The notes: generated by a model not told the origin, from the sequence alone. A DNA stretch of 64,000 nt from Lingula anatina (GCA_051362555.1 CM120640.1:71402788-71466787); one strand, 5' to 3'; shown: positions 12,301 through 26,217, counted from the first letter of the stretch. Translations and numbers: made by a program.

Positions 12301-14283
12301 TGATCTATCACTAAAGATTGAAGCTCAGTAACGATATAATATCTGTCACTATGAGCTAAGTGTAGTGATGTAAAATCTCCTACACTGTTCTTTAGAGTGC
12401 AACAATATAAATCTGCTACACTATACAGTAACCACAGTACAGATGTTGCCCATATAGGTTAAGATCACTGGTTAGATAACCGTTTAGTCTCCCTCTCTGG
12501 CTACAACCAAACCATGCAACTAGACATTATCCCAGTGGCTGCAGCATGCCCTTACAGTATCATCATCCAAGTTTACTTCACACATAAAGAGACAACCAGT
12601 ATCCCTACCCCTTTAAATAAAAAGTAAGGCCAAATGTACATAAAGCTACCAGACAGAGATAACAGTCAACTAATCAAAATCACAAAAACAGAAATGAAAC
12701 ACCTTTCAGAGATATAAACTTTCATGAAACAACCTTCTGAAATTAGGGTTACCTGCTACCGCATGAGCAATTAGACCACTTTAGATGCACCTGTCATTCA
12801 CCTTAAGACATCCTTATTCCATCTAAACTTCAGTCCCTCAATACTCTAATTCAGCAGTAACATACATATCCCCTTTTTACAGACAATTCAGTAACATTCC
12901 AGATAGACACTTGCACGTTATAAACATGGTAATAAGGATTCCGGATTCCAATATGTACCATGCAGCTCAAATAACAAGCATTCAAATACAAACCAAAACG
13001 TTCACGTCACTCATAATTGTTATCCCTGCACTTGCCAAAAGTTAAGTCCTATCACTGGAATTTCATTGCACAACATATAAACCAAGATCAATTAAGAACT
13101 ATTCAAAAGGCAAGATTTTTTAAATAAAGACCCAGAATGATACTTGTTACAGTGGTCTTTATAACAGTCAACAAGACAATGATGATGAACAAAGTCCATA
13201 TTGCAAATTTCTAGCAAGAGTAACTTCATAGATATGACTTTCATTACCAAGGCTACCAAACTCCAATTAACGGCAATGCCTTGTTTAGTGACTTTATCAT
13301 TCAACTTTATTTGCAGAAATATATCAACATGAATACCTTTTCTTCACCACAGTGACTGTAATATCTGCCAACATGCAACAGCAATACTCACTTCAACAAG
13401 TGTACCAACTGGAGCAGAAACATTACAACTTAACTGTTCAAAAGACCAATGGCAAACAAATATCGATTGGAAATCTGGGATGTCAAAGTAGGGTTATGGT
13501 AAAACAGAACATGGGTTTGATTAACAAAATGAAGTAAAAGCGACAAAACATGAAGAAATGACAACGACTATAAACTGAACAAACGAATATTAAGATACAA
13601 ATGATACAGCCCAGACACACCAATGTCAGACAATAAATAGAACTTAAAGAAATATAAGATAACAATGACGGAAACAGACTGAAGAGATAACAATACATCT
13701 GATAAAGTCTAGACACACCAGCATCTGACCATAAAAAAGGCATTAAACTAAAAGGAAACAATCTCACAAGCAGCATCAACTTGAAGCTGAAATTGTGTTA
13801 CTATCATTTAATTGCAATCAAGAAACTTGCTCCGTCTTGTGCTGGCAGAATGACCCCTGTCACCTGTGAGTGTCAATTGTCATTATCCAAACACAAGGTC
13901 TGATTCTGACCACAAATATCACAATTTGCTGCAGAAGCCCTGAAAGTTCAATGCAGACAAAGACATCTAACAACAAAAAGAACAGACAAAAAACCCACCA
14001 GGATCATAAGGCCAATTGCCAACATTTGAGAACATGTTTGGATGTACAGTACTAAATGAATGTCCCATCCCTCTGTAGCTATGTGTAGCACTTAAAAGTG
14101 TTTGCAAAACGTGCAATGACCACTGCCTCCTCCATGACCACCAGTTTATCTAATCTACCATTCCCTTTAAAATAGCTCATTTTTCTGAAAACTTAAAACC
14201 TCCCTAGTTTCCCTTTAAACACAAAACAACTGTCTTTGTGATCACAAGCACAACTGACAATGTTCACTTTATCAGACATAGCT

Positions 14284-14985
14284 TCACCATGCAGCCAGGA
14301 ATTTGTCATCAGCAGGTACAGGTTTTTCACCAGAATGGAGGGATTTTCTATTTTGATCTTTATCTGGGACGTTGGTTTTATCATGTAACTCTTCAAACAA
14401 ACCTGATATCCTTTTACTCCCTTTCACTTTTTTGATTTGGTCGATGGAATTGCCCGAAGAAAATTCAAAATGTGACACACTGTTAAGTCTGGAATGATTT
14501 TCACAGTCACTTAGTCCCACCCTTGCTATAATTGGTTTTTGATCTTTATTTGAAATTTCTCTCATTTTAATCATTTCACCCCTTACTACAAGAGTGCCAG
14601 CTTTGATATCAATGATCACCCCCAAATTTTGTAAAACGTCATCATGACCTAAAATCATTTCATCATGAATGGGAGCTATGTACTGTGTTTGGAAAGTAGT
14701 GGATCCAAGTTTCATTTTCAGAGAATCAATGAAATAACCCTTCAGTACTGCGTTGTCACTTGCCAGACTCATTGCAACATCTCCCAATATTGATGGCTTT
14801 CTTTTCAATTTTTCGTAAACTTTTGTGGAGAGAATGGTCACCTCCGACCCAGTATCAACTCGGGCATGGATCGGTAAACCTCCCAACTTCAGTTTTACGT
14901 AAGAATTTGAAGCAACAGTCTGGTGAATTTGAGTTTTTGGTGTTAAATTTTGATCTCTCTTATTAATTGGTTTTTTTTCTTGCAC
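14284..14985 (-). pseudogene. Retroviral-type aspartic protease of the LTR element
   Basis: ARVDTGSEVTILS active site and a downstream MILGHD motif. Confidence 0.85.
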
Positions 14986-15387
14986 ACTCAGCTGGGTTAG
15001 TTGTTTTAGTGACAGCTCCTAGAAGATCTAGTTCACTTTCACTTGTTTGTATAGAAATGTTACAGGCGTTTGTTGACAACTGAGGTACAGGATTGCCAAT
15101 TTTGTGATTGGATTCAAGTGGATTAGTAATCTCACTTATGCTGTTAACATGCACATCCATTCGTGTAGCAACATGGCTGTTAGGCTGGTGAGGTTGAGTA
15201 AAATTTCTCAAAGCATTCTCCTTATTTTTCTTCAACCAAATTTTGTGTTTTTCACAATCCCTTTTAAAAATGATCTGGACTATGACAGAAGAAACAGGTT
15301 TGTCTTCTACTCAAAATTGGTGTTGCTAATTTCAATACAGTTTCCACTACTTGTTCAAGGTTGTGCACAGATGGAACTTCAGCAGAT

Positions 15388-16651
15388 TTAACACTTTCTT
15401 TCTTTCTTTTTGTTTTCGAAGAGTAAAGAAATGTGCTGATAATATTTCACCTTGTTTAAAGCAGCCTCTATGCTTTTTGGTAGTTCTAAACAAGCATACT
15501 TTCCAGCCTCCCAGTCTGAACAACCTAAACAAAATTGTGTTATTGCCTCTTTATTAATGAAAGATTCTGGCAGATCCACATAGGCTGACATTGCTAGAGA
15601 AAGGACCCTTGCTGCCCAATCACCGAGAGATTCATTTGGTAGTTGGTAAGAGTGTTGAAATTCTACCCGGGCAATTTCAGGCAAAACTTCATCACTAAAC
15701 CGAGTTTCCAACTTCTGCAAAATTTCCAAATATGAGAAGTCTTTACCCGATTTTGTAAGGCGTGTTAGATAGTCTTTTGATTGAATATCGGACCAACCAT
15801 ACACTTCTTTATAGCTCTCGAATTTATGTTTGAATGATTGCCAATTACTTTTCCCATCATATTTTAAAGAATTTGGAAGATCACTGGGATTTCCCCTCTC
15901 TTCCCTCGAAAAAATGGAGTTTTTCTTAAATTTTTTTAATTTACAGCTTGATGGTTTTTGTAATGGAGCAGGATGTTTTAAAGAATGTGTAAAGTGATCC
16001 TTTGATGTTAGTTTGCTATCCCATTCACACTCCTCCTCAGAAGATGATGTTATTCTTCTAGGGTTTAAACAAGACCTAGAACAATTGTTAGAAAGATTTT
16101 CCTCATCTCCACTGCTACGAAAACAAGCAGCTTCAGAATGAGTATAAGCCCCCTGAATGTCATTGTTAGCACTACTGCATGGTGTTTTAGCAGCATGTAA
16201 TTTTGTTTTAAAATGACACCTAGATCGAGAAGTATCTTGTTCCTCATTGGAAAAACAAGCATGGGAAGAAAGTCTAGACTTCAGCTCACTTAATATTTCG
16301 CTTGATGGTTTTAGATGTTTTTGGGAATTTAACTGAAAATGGCCAGTTTCCGATTGACATTTAGAAGATAGTTTTTCTCTTCGAACTGATTTAGAATCAA
16401 CTTTGGGCACCGAAGCTGTAGCCCCTTCGTTTGCTTTTTCTGTAGAAGCCAACCTGGCTCTTTTCTTCTTCAGTTCTGAAAGTTTTCCTTAATTGTAATA
16501 ATTTGGCAAAATTTTCCGAAATATGTTTTTCTAAATGTTTATTGGAGAGCTGTTCTCTAGAACTTTCGTTTATCTTCAGTTTAGCATGACTGAGAGTAGT
16601 TGCATTGGTGTACATTGAAGCAGGTGATCTCCACTTTCTCCTATCATCCAT
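15388..16651 (-). pseudogene. Frameshifted gag of the LTR element
   Basis: Capsid-like segment LKYDGKSNWQSFKHKFE..YGW..LETRF..EFQHSYQLPNESLGDWAARVLSLA..AY. The N-terminal part (MDDRRKW..) is in another frame. Confidence 0.8.
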
Positions 16652-17863
16652 AACTGCAATGAGTATATGAACAATAATAAGTCCAAAATAAAACAATATA
16701 TACAAACTTACAATGGAGAATGTAATAAAGAGATACTTGTTGAACCTGAAACAATTACCAGCAGACCACAAACAGCACACCTAAGACCAAAAGTTGCTAG
16801 GCTTAAATGAGACTAATTACCAGTGCATTAAAAGCTCCTGAAATATAATCAGTTCACTGCAATAATATCAAGTGAATAAAATTGCTAAGCCGGTGTGAAA
16901 CAAGTCCCAGTGCATTAAAAGCTCCTGGATTTGACCAGTTCACAAAACAATTGGAAAGCAGTGTGAAACACACCTGATTTCAACTTGGTCCCAATAAACT
17001 AGAGTAATGTAAGGTTAAAAGGGTAAAAGTGGTTGAACAGTTAACAAGAAAATTCACAAGGCGTGTACTCAAGTGTAAGAAACAGAGTTGCCGGCTAGCC
17101 TCACGTGAATGTATGAGCTTCTTAGATGATAACAGCTCACCTGTGATACAGTTGAGTGAGTTTGTCATGGAGAACGAATACGGCGAGTACGTGGTGATAT
17201 TATTTTCAAAAACTTGTCAAAATTTCTTTATTTACCCTAAACGGATTCCTTATGGGCCATTGCAAACTAAACTTCATTGAAATGTATTCAGTTACCTGAT
17301 GCACCTGCCCCTCCCTTAAAAAAAAAAAACAAAGAAATTTCTGACCTCAAGTTTTTGAATTCCCCGCGTATTTTCTTAGGATCCTTGTCGCCAATAAAGT
17401 GTTTATGCGAGCTATCTGTCCTCCGTTCGAGGCTCGTGTGTCCTCTCCTCGCACCGAGTGTCTTTATTTAGCTCTGCTCTACGTCGCCAGATCCGCTCTC
17501 CGTATTCACAGGTCGAAGCTCCTTGTGTAACTGTGTGGGTATATACAGTAGTCGTAGAAATTTTAAGGTGTGTAGGCGAGTCCGCACCCTCTCGCGACGT
17601 GGCTCGAACTGCTCTTAGTCTACAAATATACTGCACTCCCGCCAGGTGGTTTAGACTCGTCTCCGTAGTTCGGGGAGTGCTTCCGGCACAATCACAACAA
17701 TGTTTAAATCAAGTTTAAAAGAATAATTCATCAGAGTTGCTTTAATTTATTTGTTGTATAATTTAATGAGTTGTTAAAAAAGTGTTGAAGCTAGATTAGT
17801 AATTTTGAAAAGGGACAAAATACATCTAAAATTGATTCATCCTCTTTTTCTACTCTATCAGTC

Positions 17864-18072
17864 CAGGGCCGTAGCCTGAGCAAAATGCCGGGGGGGGGGG
17901 GGGGGGGGGGGCATTTTAACATGAGTGCATTTTCTCACAGAATTGATACCATCTTTGAAATTATTTTTTTTTTACCTTTGCGATTACTTTTTTTGCACCT
18001 CAAATCCCGGGGGGGGGGGGGGGGGCAGCTGCCCCCCCCCCCCCCCCCCCCCCCCCGGAGGCTACGGCCCTG
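17864..18072. mobile_element. Small G/C-tract MITE with CAGGGCCGTAGC terminal inverted repeats
   Basis: cagggccgtagcc ... ggctacggccctg with internal poly-G and poly-C runs. A related cagtggcggattta fragment starts at 18275. Confidence 0.65.
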
Positions 18073-19605
18073 AAGTCAGATCACGTGTGAGCTTTCCACC
18101 ACTGCATGCTGTACTTCAGTACAGTATGTGTGATACATGTCACACTGATGAAGATGAAAACTATTGATAACTATAATGCACTGGAGATCATAACTGTATG
18201 AACAGCTGTCAGGGAGAAACAACAAAGAGGGTCAGTCCTGTCCCCCTCCACAGTTCAACCCTTACACATAAATGCAGTGGCGGATTTAAGGGGGGATGGG
18301 TGTTGGGGGGGGGGGGGGGGGGGTCCTGACCCCTCCCCTTTGGTTTCTGAAAAAAAAAATCCCACCAATTGTCCCCTCTTGATATTAGAATTTTGACTAG
18401 CTGAATCATAGTTTTAAACCATACCATGGCACCATTCACTCTCTAAAGTACCAAATTTTTTTAACAAGCACTAAAATGAACAACTTGACACAAATGATTT
18501 TAATGAAATTTGTTTTAATGTATACTCTTAGTAAATCTGTAACTGTCAACACAAATGATTTTAATGAAATTTGTTTTAATATATACTCGTAATAAATCTG
18601 TAACTGTCAATATATACTATCATTATGCAAGCACAACCATTGAGAAAAACTTCTAAATTTTTACCTTTAATTTCTAGTATGTACATGAATGCACTTTAAG
18701 TTCACGACATCTTAGACAGAAAGATAAAGATAATGATAAATATTCTATGAATTTTCTCAAACTACAAACTGCCAACACTAATCTACTTAGTAGAGATGAT
18801 CCATCTTTCTATTCACACACTAAATTCAAAATCCTGCACACAAATATTTTCAATATCAATTTTTTACCAATCAATATGATATCATGGCTGCAGTGGTTGT
18901 CACCTTGGGTGCCAGTTCTGTCATTAAGAACAAATTATTAAATCAGATACAGTACAAAAGAATGAAGCCAAGTGCAGACCTGAACATGATGAGCAGTGAG
19001 GTGCGAAAAACATTTTTGAGGAAAATTAATTTGGTGTCCAAGACAGGATACAATTTATATCATATTTTCTGAGGATTTCATGTGACCTAGTAAAAATTAT
19101 AGACCCATTGGCATTCAAGCATTATTGAACATCATTCATAAAAATATAAAATATTCTACTTTAATGCTGTTGTTCATCTAAAACTTTACCTGAGACTATT
19201 TTGGAAAGAGTTCATTTCTTCTGGCAAAAATATATGTATATCTCTTTCCAAACATAACATCTGACATAAAAAGCTGTTCATAGATATCTTTTCCCTTGCT
19301 ACACATGATATACTTTGTGAGTTGTGACAAATGATTTTTTTAAAATCTGGAAAAACAAATAACCCTACAAAATCAAAACAACATTTGTGAGTTTTTGGCC
19401 CATGATGAATAAGTTTTTCTAAATCTTTAAAAGATTATATATATATATATGCTAACAATTGTGCTGATGATATGATTCTTTCAAATTTTACTAAAATTCA
19501 GGCACATTTGTGGTCTGTGATCAGGCAGAAAGAACTAGAATTTCATTCCGTAGGAAAAATGTCATCAATGTTTACATGTATGTACAATGTAAGTCAAACT
19601 CAGTT

Positions 19606-22600
19606 TTAAATATCAGTCTCCTCATTGTTAGCACCAGTGTCTATATCTGACTCGTCCCCTCCATAAGATGATGAAGATGGAGAAGAGGAATCTTCTGAGG
19701 AAGAATCTGCATCAATTATCTAGAAATTTAAAAATGATGTCGTTTAATAAATATGGTGTAGCTGGGGTAGCGCTAGCAATTTTTTTCTCTTAGCCAAATC
19801 ATATTTTTGTCAATTTGTTACCAAAATGGCTATAATTTGGCTAAAACATGTCAAATCAAGCCCTTTTTCTTTAGCCAATTTAAGTCAGTTTTAGCATTTG
19901 GCTAAATTGGCAAGTGTTAGCGCTACCCCAGTGTAGTTTAAGGACAAGTTAATACTTACAATATTTAATACAATGTAAACTACTTTTTTCTTTTGAAATC
20001 TGTCAGAATGAATGTTTTTGGATTTACTTCATTCATCATAGTTGCACAGATATAGGGTATCAAACAAACCCCTCGACCTTCTTTTCCCTTCCCTTCCTAA
20101 TTTTATATTTTACTTCTTTCTATGTAAGATATAAAATTGAGACAGAAAATAAGCATCATTTTACTTATTAATGAAACAGTCTAGTTTCGTCTGTAAACCC
20201 TGGTTGCTGCTGCCCACCTTAAAGACATTGCTCATTCCTCGGACAAACATCTTGTCCCCATTGATGTAGCAGAGACAGTAGCTGCCAGGAGAACATCTCA
20301 AGGAGGACTTCTTGAACTTCACTGTCCTGCTCACTACAGCTGTGTGCTCACCGTGTGGTGCTGGGGCATAGACATAGGTCACATAGTCATACAGGTGCTT
20401 GAAATTAGCCTAAAATATAATATACAGTGGTACATCACTGAGGACCAAGGCAGTATCACTGGAAAACTGATATCTATAATGTAAATGAACAAATTTTCTG
20501 GTTTAAAATGTGGTTATCAATAACATGTATATATATATAGTTTTTATGCTGACATCTACACTGTAAATATGCACCACCTACCTTGTAGAGTCCTATCCAG
20601 TCCCAAGATGATGTCTTCACCCCCATGTCTACACTGTAAATATACACCACCTACCTTGTAGAGTCCTATCCAGTCCCAAGATGATGTCTTCACCCCCATG
20701 TCTACACTGTAAACACAAGTTGCACTTCCATCTTTACTCCAGGAAAAGATGGGGGCAAACTGAATAGCTGGTCTTGTTATATTTAACAACTGCAAATTAA
20801 ACAAAAACATGAAGGGTTATTTCTTAAATCAGTGACAAGTGAGTGCAAAGCTCAGAAAAGCATCATGCCTTCATGTGTAGCAAATGACTAATTTTGATTA
20901 TAGCATCTGTTTAGCTCTATGATTTCAAACTCTTAAATTGACACCATTAGCTTTATAACTTTATCCTTTAGAAAAACTACCACTTTTCTTAATTCTCTTG
21001 AGAAAAACATGAAGCAGAAGATAAAGCAAATGCCAGATAAACCTTGACATTAAAGACAGAAGTGACTGGTTTATGATCACTAAGTTTGTATTCCGAGTGG
21101 CTTGTATAGTGTTCCTGTCTGGCTGCCAGTTGGAAACCTTCAAAGGAGTCCTCATGAACCAGCCACAAAATACGATCACACCAGGCAGGCTTACGGTGCT
21201 TTGAACTGGAAATACAGCACACAATGCTTGCAAAATAACTTCCTAGACAGCAAATACAATCAGTACTTTGCAGTCAAGTACTCATCAAGTAATCATCAAT
21301 CTACAAACTTTATCTGTATTTTTCCATAATCAAAAAAGATATGTTTCAGTGACTGATGGGAACCTTTCAAAGATGAATTGTCTTTTGCAAAGAGATCTCT
21401 ACATGAACAAAAAAAAAAAAAAAACACATCATGCTTGGTGAAGGAAATATGTCCCATGTAAGAATGTACAACAATCTCTGTATATTTTTAAAAAATATTT
21501 ACCTGGTATCATAGTGATCTGTCCCTGGATCAAACTTATATGACGGCGGGAATGTAAGTGGGCCCTCTTCAAAATCTACTAAAATAAGTTCTTCCTGTCT
21601 TGCCTTAGTTAACTGAAATACATACACACATTTCAACTATACATCAATTTAAAATCAGTGTTATCTTCATTGTTTTGCATTGGCACAATTAAGATAAAAT
21701 AACACCAATGTTTTATACAGCTATATACCTGTACTTGTGCATGTTGTAAAAGGCGTGAAAGAAAAATGAAGTGCAATCTGGCCTAGAACATAATATTTTT
21801 TTCTCTCTGAATGAAAAACGTTTTTAATCTGTTCTAGGACATTCTGAAAGACTTCCCCAAAACAGCTCTCGGACTGTTACATTAATTACACAACAACATT
21901 AGAACTGAAAAAAAATACAAGAGATGTTCTAGAATAAATTGAGAACCGTAAGTGAACGTTAAATGAGACAAATTTTTGCATGGGACAGAAGATTAGATCT
22001 CCATGATTTTTCAATGATGTGTATATACCTGTGACCCATGATATAAGAGTGTGTAACAGTTATCCATGATACGTGTTAGAAAACTGTGACTATGGGACCA
22101 TTCCCAGACCCTATCGTTCTAACTGTGGATGGATCTATCACTAAATTGCTATTAACTTAAGTGGCTTCAATGTCTATCATGCCTATTCAAGCCACTAGGG
22201 GGTAATTAATTATTGTTCAGCAGCTTCAGTAGGTGTGCCAGACATCTAAGCTGCTTAAGCTAAAAGCAATTTACTGAAAAATCCCTTAGAGATGGTTTGA
22301 TCCTGTTAGATTGATCTAGGTATGGGAACCCAGTCTATATTATAACCCCTTTACCTGATCATGTGACCACAGTGACTCCAGGTCCTTATTTTTAATCATC
22401 CGAATAATATCATCTCTTGGGATATCATCTATTCTGAAGTTAAGGTCGCCCATCCAGAAAATATAGCTGGGAAAAAGTGAGAAAGTTTTTTACTTCAGTG
22501 TCTTTTATTTATAAAATGATATCAAAGCAAACGTACCCTATGTGACTAGTGGATAATAATCTTATTGCTTACAAGAGTATTTGTGAGCAAACTCTCCCCA

Positions 22601-23016
22601 TTTTGTCAGCACAATGTCTAAGTACATCACAATTCAAGATAATTTTCAAATGATGTCCTATAAAACAGGATATGCACATTTACATGAAAACATTAGTAAT
22701 GCTAAAAAAAAAATAAAATTCAAAACTATCTAAAAAGATTTACACTTTTATATAAAATACTTAAATGCACAGTAATAATTTTATGGAAGAAAAAAAAACA
22801 GTATACTCACTCATGGTCTAAAATGCTTGGTGTTTCTTTCTCCCTAAATTGCTGTGATTCCACTATGATACTGTAGTCCTAGAAATAATTTGACAACATT
22901 TTCTAAGTGTTGTTATTGTATCTACACAGCTCTCTGTACATTTTGCCATGTAAAACAATGCCTAGATCATTATAAAATTACTTAATTCTAGTATACAAAA
23001 AAATGTGATGCTTAGT

Positions 23017-23078
<62 letters not shown>

Positions 23079-24843
23079 AGGCAAAGTAAGTAACTAACCT
23101 CTATCCTTTCAGCCACAGCCTCCAGATGAGCAGCTAAGTGGGAGTTGACTATACATACATTTACACCATATGCATCAAAGCGTATACTGACTCCACCTTT
23201 ATTACCCTGAAATTAACATACATACTGACCTCAACTACTGTTAACAATAAAGATTGGTGCCACAGGTAAAACAGTTAATTATTAATTAATTAACAATACA
23301 ATTCTAATTAAAATGTCAAAACTGAGAACTACTAACACGGTACAATATATCATAAAATTTCAATACTGTACTAGTAAATGCTGAGATTGTAAGAACAACT
23401 TTTATTTTTCTTACCCACCATCCTCCTAATCCTGACCTTGTGTATTCTGACTCAATGTTGGTCATAAATGGAAGATGATGACGTTTACAAAACACTGTTA
23501 AAACAAGACCTTGCAAACGGACTCCCTTTATCTGAAATACACTATCATCTATTAAAATACTACGTAATAAAAGTGTAAACCTATTAAGCAGCACAAAAAG
23601 CAAGCAAGCCTTTTAAAAGTAATCCTTCAGTGTAGATTCTAGACCTTCACCATGTAAGCAGCCAACTTTGAGTTATTTATATTACAACAAAGAAGCATGT
23701 GTTAACATGGCTTAACATACAGACACAAAATTTCTAAACTGAAATTATACCTTTTCCACAGGAAAGAACTGATGTATTATGCTTTCATTGCTTTCCTATG
23801 AGATTTTCCATCTTTTTAATGGTATAAACCCTTCTTCTTGTTACTTTTAGATGGATCATATTACGTAATTTTATACTTCAAAAGTCTGAGATGTAAAGGA
23901 AGGACCAGGGTGCATGGACCCCCAGTAAGTGCAGGCACCATTTTCACTCACCCTAATGTAGCCCTGACCAATTTCACTCACCCTGACATAGCCCTGACCA
24001 TTTTCACTCCCCCTGATGTAGCCCTGACCAATTTCACTCACCCTGACATAGCCCTGACCATTTAGTATTTTTGTGAGTTTTGATGTCCACGGATCATCCA
24101 TAACATAACTGGTGACAATGCTCGCTGTGCCACCTTTGACCTCTTGTAGTCTAGAAAACAAAATACAAATGTTACACAAAATACAAAACATTTCATATCA
24201 ATCTCAAGTAAAATTTATCAAAATATCACGGATAAAATTAAAAAAAGTATTTAAAATAGAAATGATTGAAATCAATAGATTGCAAATTTGAACATTTTAA
24301 CAAAATTAATTGCCAATTTCATGTCTGTTTATTCCTGCAGTTTAATTTCCAGTATTATAAAACCATAGATACAAACCCTATGGCATATACATCAGGCAGG
24401 TTGGGTGAATCAAATCCCAAGAGGTTATCAAATTTCTTGAGAGGAAATTTGTTTCCAACATTCCAAGTACACAAGTAGATCCTATAAAATACAAACAAAC
24501 ACACTCTCAGTGGAGATAATGAGTATGCTCTTTAAAAGTACTCAGTGCATTAAAATCCTGAAAACTCCCCAAGTACAGAAATTATTACTTTGACCCACCG
24601 TGTAAAATGTTTGAATTCAAGTTACTGTACTACGTGTAGTTGTAAGCCAAATAAAATCGGCAATTGAGCCATTATATGCAGATGTAGTCAAATAAATAGA
24701 GATTGACAAGGACCAATACCACTATCACAAAGTACCAAAAATAATTCGTCGAAAGAAAATAAAAGTATAAATTAAATGATATTTAAAAATGCAATTAAAA
24801 CAGAAGTAAAGATATTTCCAAAGTTCTACCTAAAATTTGTCAT
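19606..24843 (-). CDS. INPP5K: Inositol polyphosphate 5-phosphatase K/J-like (5-phosphatase + SKICH), 12 exons: 24830-24843, 24377-24481, 24042-24150, 23415-23531, 23099-23206, 22811-22878, 22355-22466, 21503-21612, 21043-21205, 20655-20789, 20218-20409, 19606-19719
   Basis: [40 protein letters not shown] and [11 protein letters not shown] 5-phosphatase motifs, SDHKPV, and the SKICH motif WDWIGLYK. All junctions are GT-AG and in phase. Confidence 0.92.
19762..19931. mobile_element. Palindromic MITE with 5-bp TSD TGTAG
   Basis: ctggggtagcgcta ... tagcgctaccccag, with tgtag at 19757-61 and 19932-36. Confidence 0.75.
20557..20713 (-). repeat. 73-bp duplication of an INPP5K exon end plus donor
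   Basis: TTTACAGTGTAGACATG...CTCTACAAG|GTAGGTGGTG occurs twice (donors at 20653-54 and 20580-81), plus the start of a third copy. Confidence 0.95.
22093..22333. mobile_element. About 250-bp palindromic MITE-like family; copies also at 43799-44050 (inverted), 48655-48907, 49041-49285, 62382-62631
   Basis: Shared ends gggaccattcccagacc..actgtggat and gatctaggtatgggaacccag, with an internal inverted core (cttaagc..gatgt..cctactgaagc / gcttcagtagg..acatc..gcttaag). Confidence 0.8.
23020..23076. repeat. (CA)n microsatellite; others at 34260-34330, 53716-53749, 54222-54272; (GA)n at 25388-25417
   Basis: Directly visible dinucleotide runs. Confidence 0.95.
23937..24062 (-). repeat. 30-bp tandem repeat x4 of an INPP5K exon end plus donor
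   Basis: Unit (A/T)TGGTCAGGGCTA(T/C)(G/A)TCAGG|GTGAGTGAAA. Confidence 0.93.
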
Positions 24844-24849
24844 TGTGAA

Positions 24850-25120
24850 TGCCTTTGATTTGGTCCTACGTCAAATCCAGTAAGTTGTTATCCCTAAAAT
24901 ATCTCTCAATCTATAATAATTTTAATCAGCATTCTGTAACAATTATGAATAACGGAAATCCTTTTCAACTTAAAATAACACTGCACTGTCAACGGTAGAT
25001 ATTTTTACAAGGAAGCATGGCTTTGTGTACGCAGGTTTCTATGACGTCACTGAATCAAGTGCACTTTAGTCCAACATGCATTTTCGCGGTTTTGTTTGAG
25101 AGGGGTGCCTGGCTGTAAGT
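24850..25120. promoter_or_regulatory. Probable bidirectional promoter INPP5K / SLF1 with CRE and E2F-like sites
   Basis: The genes are divergent. TGACGTCA at 25042, TTTCGCGG at 25082, and a candidate UTR donor ggct|gtaagt near 25115. Confidence 0.5.
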
Positions 25121-25385
25121 ATGCAGTTTACTCTATCTCAGATGCCAAACAATTATCTCAGTTTTGAGAACCGAAAACCTCTCTTGTTCTGGTACCGATT
25201 ATACATTTAAACAGCTATGTGAGCAAGGGAAGGCGCAAACTTCGCCGTGGTGAAGTTTTCGGTCTTTTGGTGTTTACACTTGTTAGCGACAGGGCTAATC
25301 ATTATCATAAATTATAATATTTTTAACATCCGTAAAGAAATGATTTCGAGTCAGTAAAGATAATCGCAAAATTTATACACCAATG

Positions 25386-25419
<34 letters not shown>

Positions 25420-25871
25420 AAAATGGTGCAACCTTGAATGTACGTCTAAAAACGTATGAGGTCCTACTGTTGTGGGCAGTTGACTCTGCAGTAAGATTAA
25501 ACCTGTCACATTGTTATGGCACACTATTTATATTTATTCATTATATAAAACTGTATTTTATGTAAAACCATGTAGGGCCTATATTTTTGTGTATATCAAC
25601 CCACTGTTGAGAGCAGTTGACTCGGCAGTGGGGCTATAGTTATGATACACTATTTATATTTACCGATCATTATGTCAAACTGTACTGAGTACTGTGTATT
25701 TATCTATTTATTCATGAAATTGTATAGTAATTTTATAATCATGTGGAGCTTGAAAATATTATGTACATTATGGTTTATATCAATAAAGTTCTTCCATTCT
25801 GCCAAGATAATGACAGTGATGAACTGATGCCTAATATGTTCAATACTTCAGAATTGGGCAGTATATAATAA

Positions 25872-26051
25872 GATCGCATTCACAACGAGTTGAGCCAGGC
25901 TTTACAAATCCTGGGGACTAAATATGGCAGTCGTATATGAAAGAAAAACCGCCTAATCTTTTAATAGTCTCTCCGCCTCTCACACCCCTCCCCACACGTC
26001 GTCATTAAATCTCGGCTCCATTAGGACGACACATTCGTTGTGAATGCGATC
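25872..26051. mobile_element. PIF/Harbinger-type MITE with TAA TSD
   Basis: gatcgcattcacaacga ... tcgttgtgaatgcgatc, flanked by taa on both sides. Confidence 0.75.
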
Positions 26052-26217
26052 TAAGTCTAGTCTTTAGCCCTGTTTATGTTCAAAATTGGCATAATGATAA
26101 TTAGGTGGGCTGAGTGATTGATGGTTGATATTAATTTGTTTAAGTATAACATGTCCTATATACAGTGGTAATAAATGCAAAGTTTTGCAAGAAATGTTAG
26201 TTATAAAACAAATCCAA

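Larger units (their letters stand above)
11455..17699 (-). mobile_element. Ty3/Gypsy-like LTR retrotransposon, non-autonomous (gag + protease only)
   Basis: LTRs at 17395-17699 and 11455-11753 differ by about 3 substitutions and one 6-bp indel. PBS TGGCGACAAGGAT follows the 5' LTR (one mismatch to the recalled tRNA-Ser(GCT) 3' end). PPT GAGGGGAGGAG precedes the 3' LTR. Flanks atat(t)/atgt(t) form an imperfect TSD. Confidence 0.92.

Noticed and set aside
11472-17718. Duplicated small ORFs at 11472-11703 and 17412-17718
   Set aside because: They are chance ORFs inside the two LTRs.
18488-18610. 61-bp tandem duplicate, plus short duplicates at 25465-25640 and 56733-56823
   Set aside because: Ordinary local duplications with no link to a junction or other feature; they serve as the unanchored background.
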